From: a virus
Taxonomy: Duplodnaviria; Caudoviricetes
DNA: 33,063 nucleotides
Virus record (IMG/VR): IMGVR_UViG_3300020345_000380
Span: 1 to 33,063 of that record
Reading direction: 5' to 3' (one strand)
The notes below the pieces were generated by a model that did not search any database, was not told where the DNA came from, and was given only the letters and a program-made list of their open reading frames with translations. Of this stretch, positions 1-9,000 are shown one piece after another; positions within the stretch are counted from its first letter, which is position 1, and the number at the start of each line of letters is the position of its first letter. The position numbers and the translations under genes are program-made.

Positions 1-1416
1 AGTCATGGTCGCAGGACCAGAAATGGTATTAGATGTAACTCTAATAGCAGATCCTGAAGCACCTGTATGGAATGCAGAAGCAGTAACTGTAGAAGAAGCA
101 ACTACGGTACCAGTAACACCAAGAGATGAACCATCAAATGTTAGGTTACCACTGTCTTCCAATTCTCCAGAAGTACCAGCAATAACAACACGGTTATCTG
201 TCAGATCTGAAATTTTTGCAGTAGAAGCGACTAATCCAGCACCACCAGAAATGTTAGCACCGCCATTAGCATCTATAATTCCAGTAGTTGTAGTAATACC
301 ACTGACTGATAAGTTAGTTGCTTTAGCATATGTAACAGTACCAACACCAGTTACGTTTATAGCAGCAAATGTAGCACCAGAAGATCCACCAAGAATAGAC
401 TCTGATAAGGTTTGATATGTTACCTTACGGTTTGTGCCATTTGCACCATCATCAACAACGAATAGATCGGCATTAGCAAGTGTAGTTGTTGCTGTACCAC
501 CATCTATATCAAGAGTTGTGATTGGTGTAGTTCCTGCAGTTAGTCCAGAACCAGAACCAGCAAAATTACCACCAGTAACTGTTCCTGAAGCAGTAACAGC
601 ACCCGTTACTCCAAGTGTACCACCTGAAAATGTAAGATTGCTATTATCTCCAAGAGCACCAGCAGTACCAGCAATAACAATACGGTTAGCAGTTAGATCA
701 CTAACTGTAGCAGATGCTAAAGTTGATTCTCCAGTAACACCTAATGTTGTTGATACTGTAACAGCACCTGTAACACCAAGAGTAGATCCATTGAATGTCA
801 GGTTACCACTATCTTCTAATTCTCCAGAAGTACCTGCTAATACAACTCTACCTGACGTTAGATCAGCTACTGCTGCAGATGTTGCAGCGACTGTTCCACC
901 AGATATAGGACCAACAAATGATGTAGCAGTTAGTGCTCCTGATGATGAATTGAATGTAAGATTACTTCCTGTTTTTGGTTCTTGAGAACCTGTTGCTCCA
1001 GTAGCGAATACGGGGAAACAAGTTGTATCACTACTTTCATCTGCTAATGTTAAACTAGTAGAATCGAGAGTAGCATCCCAAGATAAATTACCACTACCAT
1101 CTGTTTTCAGGAATCCGTTATTAGTCGCAGTTCCAGGTAGAGTATAAGTTAGATTATTGGCAATAGATGCAGGTGCTTTTAGCTCAATATAATTTGTTCC
1201 ATTATCAGTGCCTTCAACAACTCTTACAGCAGATCCTGCAGTAGTAGTTTCCTTTGTCCAATATCGATGAGATCCAAAAAATTTATTATTTGATGTTGTG
1301 GAATCAATTCCCACGTAGAGGTCATATTTGTCTGTTGTAAATCCTGGTTCACCTGCTCTTAGACCAGGTAGATTTGCAAACAGACCCCTCTTAAACTGTA
1401 TAACAGGAGCAGCCAT
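1..1416 (-). CDS. Tail fibre / receptor-binding-type virion protein, N-terminal part (continues beyond the window start; not in the ORF track)
   Basis: Manual translation from the ATG at 1416 gives MAAPVIQFKRGLFANLPGLRAGEPGFTTDKYDLYVG..., open to position 1. The N-terminus has the IQFKRG...L..GE.G..TD..LYVG pattern typical of phage fibre attachment domains. The body is Gly/Thr/Ser-rich with internal repeats. A late-promoter motif lies at 1446-1452. Confidence 0.85.
   Translation of the reverse strand, partial: MAAPVIQFKRGLFANLPGLRAGEPGFTTDKYDLYVGIDSTTSNNKFFGSHRYWTKETTTAGSAVRVVEGTDNGTNYIELKAPASIANNLTYTLPGTATNNGFLKTDGSGNLSWDATLDSTSLTLADESSDTTCFPVFATGATGSQEPKTGSNLTFNSSSGALTATSFVGPISGGTVAATSAAVADLTSGRVVLAGTSGELEDSGNLTFNGSTLGVTGAVTVSTTLGVTGESTLASATVSDLTANRIVIAGTAGALGDNSNLTFSGGTLGVTGAVTASGTVTGGNFAGSGSGLTAGTTPITTLDIDGGTATTTLANADLFVVDDGANGTNRKVTYQTLSESILGGSSGATFAAINVTGVGTVTYAKATNLSVSGITTTTGIIDANGGANISGGAGLVASTAKISDLTDNRVVIAGTSGELEDSGNLTFDGSSLGVTGTVVASSTVTASAFHTGASGSAIRVTSNTISGPATMT
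109..864 (-). repeat. Three 99-nt (33-aa) internal repeats of the tail fibre at 109-207, 601-699 and 766-864
   Basis: DLTSGRVVLAGTSGELEDSGNLTFNGSTLGVTG / DLTANRIVIAGTAGALGDNSNLTFSGGTLGVTG / DLTDNRVVIAGTSGELEDSGNLTFDGSSLGVTG. Confidence 0.9.
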
Positions 1417-1445
1417 TAAAAACGCACGTTATTTTTTCCTAAAGG

Positions 1446-1452
1446 TATTTAT
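1446..1452 (-). promoter_or_regulatory. T4-like late promoter motif (ATAAATA)
   Basis: ATAAATA on the minus strand about 30 nt upstream of the fibre ATG; matches the T4/cyanophage gp55-dependent TAAATA core. Confidence 0.65.
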
Positions 1453-1468
1453 TTTATAATTCCCCTAT

Positions 1469-2026
1469 CTAAAAACTACCAGCATCAAAATCTATCTTAT
1501 TGTCAAGATAATCATCTAAGTAATCTAATGATGCTGTAGAAAGTCCTACTGGTGTAGGGTCTGATGTATGATAAACACTATTAGCAACAGCAGACACGAA
1601 TGTATGAATACCTGTATTGTTAGAAGGTATTATATCAGTTGCTATAACCCTAAATGCGTTTGGATTAACATTAAAAATAGGCAACCATCTATCACTAGCA
1701 TAATCTGTTGCTCTTGGATATGAATGATTTGTTGCATGACCATCTTGCTCACAAGTAAATGTTATTGAATTATCAACGATCTTGATGTAATGCCCAGTAC
1801 CAAATCCATGATTAGGAATTTGTAATGTAAGATGTCCAGTAACACCATCCCACCAAGCCATATTTGGTGTGACTGTTGTTGATATTCCTACTGCTGAATC
1901 TATTACGTCATCGGGGTTTAAAAATACAAACTTATCGTTAGGTGCATCATAGGTTAGCACATACTTATTAGCGTTTGCATTTAAATTAGTTGAAGAGACA
2001 TCTAAAAAGTCTTTTAAACTGGTCAC
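1469..2026 (-). CDS. Putative virion protein; paralogue of the C-terminal part of 2043-2441 with a ~104-aa inserted module
   Basis: GTG start with AGGAGG 7 nt upstream. Shares SLK..LDV.STNL...ANKYVLTYDAP.D.FVF.NPDDVIDSAVGIST and DPTP.GLS...LDYLDDYLD.KID.DAGSF with its neighbour. Confidence 0.75.
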   Translation of the reverse strand: MTSLKDFLDVSSTNLNANANKYVLTYDAPNDKFVFLNPDDVIDSAVGISTTVTPNMAWWDGVTGHLTLQIPNHGFGTGHYIKIVDNSITFTCEQDGHATNHSYPRATDYASDRWLPIFNVNPNAFRVIATDIIPSNNTGIHTFVSAVANSVYHTSDPTPVGLSTASLDYLDDYLDNKIDFDAGSF

Positions 2027-2042
2027 TGAAATTCCTCCTCAC

Positions 2043-2441
2043 CTAAAAACTACCAGCATCTAAATCTATCTTATCATCAAGATAATCATCTAAGTAATCC
2101 AATGTTCCTGATGAAAGTCCTGATGGTGTAGGATCTACTGTAGATATTCCTACTGCTGAATCTATTACGTCGTCTGGATTTACGAATACAAATCTATCTA
2201 GAGGTGCATCATATGTTAGTACATACTTATTAGCAGCTGTAGTTAAATTAGTTGAAGCGACATCTAAAAGTTCTTTTAAACTGCTTACTGAACTTCCTCC
2301 TCCTCCACTGCCGTCTGCAAAAATAACCTCAATAGCACCCCTCCCAAATAATGAGATATTATCATCCGCAATGTTACTATCATCTACAGTAACATTAGGG
2401 GCAAGACTGCCACTTCCAGTATCGTCAACTATAATATCCAT
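2043..2441 (-). CDS. Small acidic putative virion/tail-associated protein
   Basis: 132-aa ORF in the structural module, coupled to the upstream gene by a TAATG overlap, ending in IDLDAGSF. Confidence 0.7.
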   Translation of the reverse strand: MDIIVDDTGSGSLAPNVTVDDSNIADDNISLFGRGAIEVIFADGSGGGGSSVSSLKELLDVASTNLTTAANKYVLTYDAPLDRFVFVNPDDVIDSAVGISTVDPTPSGLSSGTLDYLDDYLDDKIDLDAGSF

Positions 2442-2824
2442 TAGTAGTAATCACCATAACCTGTGGTAATTGTAACTCCAGTTGTTCCATTAACTTTTGC
2501 CTGACCAGTAATTACTTTGGTCTTCTTATTGTTATTACTATTCATAATAATAACATCATAATGATACCTACCAGAAGTGAGGGATCCAAATCCACTCACG
2601 GTATCATCAAGAGTTATGGTCAAAGCACCTAAAGTAGGATCGGCACCAAAAGTAGCACCAAAAGCAACACCCCTATCCTCACTGGAATAGAGGTGTTTTC
2701 TCATATGGGCATCAAAAGTATAGTTAGTTAAATTCAATGGAGTATTATCACTCTTTTTCAAGTTGAATGTTCTTGAAAAATCAGTGTCAGTTTCAATTAC
2801 TATATTGACGACTGGAACTGCCAT
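2441..2824 (-). CDS. Small beta-rich virion structural protein of a type common in cyanophage tail modules
   Basis: Pattern NIVIE..TDFS.TF.L......PLNLT.Y...A.MRKH......G.YHYDV.I....K.KV..G...V; late motif at 2846-2852. Confidence 0.7.
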   Translation of the reverse strand: MAVPVVNIVIETDTDFSRTFNLKKSDNTPLNLTNYTFDAHMRKHLYSSEDRGVAFGATFGADPTLGALTITLDDTVSGFGSLTSGRYHYDVIIMNSNNNKKTKVITGQAKVNGTTGVTITTGYGDYY

Positions 2825-2844
2825 TATGCCTACCTATATTGGAA

Positions 2845-3036
2845 TTATTTATCACGTATCATCGCTTTGAGGATTTCAATCTCCTCTTTTAGATGAATAA
2901 TTTCATTCTGTTGTCTGATACGAGAATTTTTTTCGACCATATACCTTTCGTAAGATACATGGTCAGTATTTACAATAGCACCACTATCTAAATCTCGTTT
3001 TAGATTGTCGTGATCATTTACTGGTGCTTTTCTCAT
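2845..3036 (-). CDS. Hypothetical protein with C-terminal coiled coil (T4-like phage type found after VrlC)
   Basis: L.RD..SGAIVNTD...Y..Y motif followed by the heptad pattern EIIHLKEEIEILKAMI; starts 2 nt after the VrlC-like stop. Confidence 0.7.
   Translation of the reverse strand: MRKAPVNDHDNLKRDLDSGAIVNTDHVSYERYMVEKNSRIRQQNEIIHLKEEIEILKAMIRDK
2846..2852 (-). promoter_or_regulatory. T4-like late promoter motif overlapping a stop codon
   Basis: ATAAATA spans the last codons and stop of 2845-3036, about 22 nt upstream of the ATG at 2824. Confidence 0.55.
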
Positions 3037-3038
3037 AC

Positions 3039-6000
3039 CTACGCTAAAGCAATAACTCTGAAGTCACGAATACTTGGTGACTGTGCCTGATTGGTTGAAG
3101 TAACTTCAACCTTTATCTGATAACCAGTGAATTGTGGAAGATTATTCGCTGTGAACTGATGTTCTAGGAACTGTCCTGCCACACTATTACTTATCCGTCT
3201 ATCAGATGTACCATCATTATTCTTACCATCAATAACCCTACCATTGATATCAAAGTTATTGAATCCAGGCATTAGTTCAAATACCTTATCAGTTTCAGCA
3301 CTATCTGCTCTACTCAATCTATACAACACTCTAACATCAGATGTTCCTGGTTTGAATGCTGCAAGAATAACCTTCAACGAAGTTGCAGGATTTTCTAGTG
3401 CTATAACCTGAGTTGTATAATTGAATGAATGAGGATCTTCTAGTAGTGTATTAGATCTTCTATCAGTTATATAATTTTCAATTGGAGCATTTACCCTATG
3501 TGTTTTTAGAGTAATATTACTATTCTCAACATCAACTATTGGAGTTACATCTTCATTAGATGTACTCATAGTAACGTCAAGTGTAAATGATTTTGCACCA
3601 GGGAATGCTGCCATTTTTGCATTTTCATTCACTCTAGATGCAATAATTCTAGGATCACTGAATAAAGTAGTTCCACTGAAAGATATAGGTTGATAACCAC
3701 GATCTTGGAATGATATCTCATTACCACTTATACTAGTACCAGAAGTTGTTCTAACACTTCCAGAAACTTCAGTTCCATCAGGAAGTATATGATTTATATT
3801 TGGTCTAACTGACTCAAACTGAACATTCGCAGATGCTCTAGCATTTACACCACCACCCAATGAGTGAGATGTGAATGTCTTACTACCACCAATCTTCAAA
3901 TAGTAATGATCTAATCCAATTTTCTCAGTAATATTATTTGTAACATCTGCAAAATCATGAGTCTTATTGACTTCTCTCAATGATACGCCCTTGAATTCAT
4001 ACTTCTGGATAGGTGTTCCAGGTAAGAATGATTGAGAAGAAGTGCCATCAACACCTCTGGTAGTAATACCAGTCAATATATTATTACCTACACCAGTGTA
4101 AGCGATAATCTCATCACCAATTAGTGCGAATCCTGGGTTAGTTGCTCCAACTTGAGCACCTTCAAAGAAGTTGAAATTAGTAGAACTAGCAACACTAACA
4201 TTTGCAATAGAACTTGCACCATATCCAACAGTTATATTAGTTGGAACTGTATCACTATGAACTCTAGTAATTGATACTTTATTATTGAAAGCGTGCATAC
4301 CATGATTAGGATGCGATACTCTTACATGCTTACCATCAAACTCATCACCATTGATAGTGACACTTGAAGGAACGATTGATGCTAGAGTTGATCCTACACC
4401 TACACCTGCCCCAGAACCAGGAACATATTGAATCTGATCTGATGTATTGAAGTCTTGACCAGTAACTCCCGTCAACTGTAAACTGTTAGTTGAAGTAACA
4501 ACACCCACAGTCAATATTAAGTTTCTACCTAAATCATTACTTCCTAATGTTGCAGTCAAAGTATCCCCAACTGAATATCCAGAACCAGTATTGAGAACAC
4601 ATACGTTATCAATTGTTCCAGAAGATACTGTTACAATTCCAGTAGCACCAGAACCTGAACCAGTTAGAGTTGTGAAACTTACACCATTATATGTTGAGTT
4701 TGAGTAACCAACACCAACATTAGTAACAGTAAGTCCTGTATTAGCAGCACCAACTGCACCCAATCTTGCCTCAACAAAACCACTAGATGTTCTATTGTTT
4801 TGTTTGATTTGTGTACCAACAACAATGTTTGGATTCTTCAAATCAGAGGAGAGACCAACGGTAACTTTCTTATCAAAAACTTCAATTGGATTAGAAGGTA
4901 ATAAATTCCTACTATTCCAGAATGACATCTCAGGGTTGTACATTTTGAATGTACCCTTTGATGTAACAAACTTAGCCTTTCTAGCAACATACTTCAAGTC
5001 TTCTAACTGAGAAGGAGTCCAAGTAGACGCATTCTGAGATTTGAATAATGAACCTAAAGATGGTTGCTTATTGATTATAACCTTCTGTATTTCTGGAAGA
5101 TCCTTAGTTGTAATATCCTCTTCACCTACACGAGAAATCCATACATGATACTCATCAGTACTTGCTAGGATAACATAAGCATATTCTCCTGTGGTTAGAT
5201 AACATGGGAAGTCAAAGGTAAATGTTGTACCAACTGTACCATCATTTGATGTATTAACCTGACTAGGTTCAAGAACCTTACTTGCTAAAACATTACCTGT
5301 TGGTATTCCATTTACAACATCAACTATTCTAACTTCAACTGGGATATTAGTACTCTTCGACTGGAAGAATATATCCACAGAAGTCATGTAGATACCAGGA
5401 ATTTCAGTAATAAAGAATGACTGTGCTAATGGGTCACATGGTGGTGGTGGGGGTGGTGGATCTCTTTTTACTATCGTAGTTTCTGTAATAAGAGTTCCAT
5501 CTGAGAAGAAGTTGGCATTTGCCTTACTTACATGTACTCCTGGAGGTGGATTGTCATTTGATTTTATAGCACTTACTTCTACTGTATTTGTACCATTTGC
5601 AAAATCAGGATTATCTTCTGGAATATGAATGGATCCCTGTAAGGCACCCATAGTATCAGTAACCAATCTAACTTCATTGACTTGTGCCTCTGCATTACTT
5701 GTTTCACCAACAAGTCTCATATCTTTTACAACATTTCCAAAGAATCTCTCGTCAGATTTCTGATTCAAACTAGCAGTATCTACATTCAATATTGAAGTAG
5801 TATCACTATATGCAGATGTTAGACCGACACCATCATAAGGACTTGTAGCATAAACAAGAGTTGGTGCATTATATGGACCATCTTTATGATTAGGTGCTGC
5901 AATACGGAATCTTATCTCTGGAACCCTATTACTGTTCTGATTAGTAAGTAATCTACCAACTACAGTTTCCCCTATTTGGAAAGCACCTTTTACAGGAGTA

Positions 6001-9000
6001 ACTTCGAGAAGTTTTGGAACTGTCAAACTTCTCTGATCAACCATGTCAGTCCTTGCAAAAGTACTGTACATTTTAGTACCAGGTTTTAGTCTAGTACCTG
6101 TAAATTCTATATTTTGAGATCTTAGGGTTGGTATCTTCGTAGTTTCTGTAACAATCTCATAAGTATCATGCCCTCTATGTCTATCACCTAAACCACCATC
6201 TACAGTATAAAATTCTCTTTCTATCCATACATCTTCAGTTGGTGATATTGTTAGATTACCAGTCCATGTAACCACATCATATGGGTTTACATTTATAACT
6301 CTACTTGCAAATGGTTGATTGAAATCTTCAACCTCACTGTAGTTTAGAAGAACTTTTGATCCTTTTCTTGTTATATTTGAAGATCCTAAATCAGTTGCAT
6401 ACCGAACATCAACTGCATTATTTGGTACACCTGATAGACCAATTACAGCCTCAGATCCAACCAATAGATCAACTACATCCCAAGATGCTCTTGCTACTGC
6501 TTCACCGTCATCAACATCATAATTGATAGGTACAGAAGCATCTGCTAATGCAAATGATCTAAAATTATCTACAGCAAAACCAGTTTTGAAACTATCCAAT
6601 CCTGTTTCGGGATCTTTTACTACTAATGATTCAGTTTTATTCTCAAGCAATGATAATGATGTAGAAAATTCTACGTTTTCAATTCTCTTCTCGATATCAC
6701 CAATGTCTTGCATGGTGTATCTTCTATTTGCCCTTGTTTCTATAGTAATATCAGTATTGACATCATAAACATATGGTTGATATACAATCTGTGCTAATTC
6801 AAACGAACTATCAATTTCTTCTGGTGCTTGAGGTTGTGCAGCAGGAGTTCCTTCTACAAGTGTGAATGTAGAATCGCTATTCAAGAATAATCTATCAACT
6901 CTACCCAAATAATGAGTATAGTCAAATGTAATATTTTCGTCTGATACCAATACATTTGTTGATTGACCAGATCCAGAGAATACTCTTGCACCCCATTCAA
7001 ATGGTGATAATGTAGAATTATAATCTGATACTCTTGGTCTTATATCAACAACATCTGTATTTCTAACTCCACCAAATGAAGGAACTAAATCATAAACATC
7101 AGATGCATAACTACTTGCAGTTAGAATTTCACCACTATCCTCAGAATCAAGTGTAAACTTATCAAAGAATACCTTTATTCTACCTGATGGTTCAGGAGAA
7201 CCTTGATTTCTTATAAGTCTAGCAAAATCATAAAACTCTTGTCTTTGACCATTATCTAAAGTAAAGTTATCAGATATTTCTTTATCACCTAAAGTAAGTG
7301 CAGTTATTTTTCCTAGTACATTACTTTCAGTAAATGTTATTTCTTCACCATCAATAAAGTTTTCATTGTTTCTACTTACAACAAATGCAGATTGAGTTCC
7401 AGTTATACCTAAAACAAGAGCAGATGCACCAGAAACCTTACCAATAAAGTATTCACCCTTTATAATATCTGTATTATTTGAATTAGGTCCGTTGAGTCCA
7501 CTAAATGTTGCCGTTGGGATTGAAGGATCACCACTTGTAGATGATTCAAATATAGCACTTATTCTAACTACATCTGCAGTATTTAAAGATACTTCCCTAT
7601 CTTGAACCCTTGTACCATAAGCAATATTGTATGTAAGACCATCACCAACAGAAGTTGTAACACCAGAATAAGTATATTTTGATTTGTTTACAACTAAACT
7701 TTCACAACGATTTAGTACTTTATTTTTAGCAGTAACTTTAGACTTTTGCCTTGTAGAATGTACTACAACATTATTTTTACTTGCAGTAAGACCACTCAAA
7801 GTAACTCCTTTACCTCCACCAGTCAATGCGAATTGATCTGAAGTAAGTGGTTCTACAGTTCCATCTTCGTATAATACAGTATATCTTTCTTCATCAAATG
7901 GTGCATATACAAAATCAGTACCAGTAAGTGATGGTAAGGCAAGAGTTCCTAAAGAGTTGATTGTTCTACCCCTTAGTTCATTTCTTATGAAAATATCTGA
8001 TCGTGTTAGATCAACTGATTCAACATCAGAATTTGGTAATTCTGCAAATAGGAATCCACTATTTGAATTTCTTATTCTTGTAGATACAACAGATATACCA
8101 GAAACATTAGTTGCAGAACCAGGAATAGATCCTGTAGCAACATTAGTTACATTGGCAACTGCTTCAACTTCTATACTTGTTCCTAAAGGAGAAACAGTTT
8201 TTACTCTATTATAAACTGGTCCACTAACACCAGATCTAGCGTAACTAATAATATCACCAGTCTGTATACCAACAGTCCATCCATTAGTAGATGATGTAAC
8301 TGTAGATTTACTTCCTGCAGCAGCAGTAAAGTTGAATGATTGTCCACCAAAACGTAATCTAGGTTCTAGTATAGTATCACCACTAAATGTTTGAACACCT
8401 ACTTCCTGTCTAATAGAATGTATATCATTGACACCAAATTCAGTTACTTTAGTAATAATTCTACCATTATCAACACCATCTACAGCAATTGCTTCATCAA
8501 CTATAAATTGACCTGCTGTTTGATGAAGAGTAAGAATACTACCTGTTCTAGATCTTAGGAATCCTCTTGCACCAGATCTTTTACCTTCAATCAATGCTGG
8601 TGCATCTATAGCAAGTGCACTGTTAAGTGTTATCTCAGTATCAGTTTGTATATCAAATAAGAATAAATCAAAACTAGATGCAGCATTTGTATATCCTCCT
8701 GCAGATAGTTTATAATCATATACTCTTGCTCTACCAACAGATTGACCTGCAGCAGCATCTAAATCAGTACTTAGTCTATTACTACGTAAATCAACATAAC
8801 CTGTAGTAGCAATACCAACACTGGCACCACCATATACATTATTGAGTCTTATAAGATTCCCTGCTTGAAAAGGAACACTTGAAGATTCAACTAATTCAGT
8901 AGTTCTTGGTTTATTAGCATCAACAAATATAGTTCCATAAGTCTGTACTTCATATCCCTTGACGTATGCTTTACCTGGTCCAACCTTTATACTTAGTTTT

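Noticed and set aside
5-985. Plus-strand ORFs 5-415 and 434-985
   Set aside because: Antisense shadows of the repetitive minus-strand tail fibre (1-1416); the Pro/Val/Ala bias mirrors Gly/Thr codons on the other strand.
2026-2045. TAG read-through fusing 2043-2441 with 1469-2026
   Set aside because: The 16-nt gap puts the ORFs in different frames, and a TGA at 2041-2039 closes the downstream frame.
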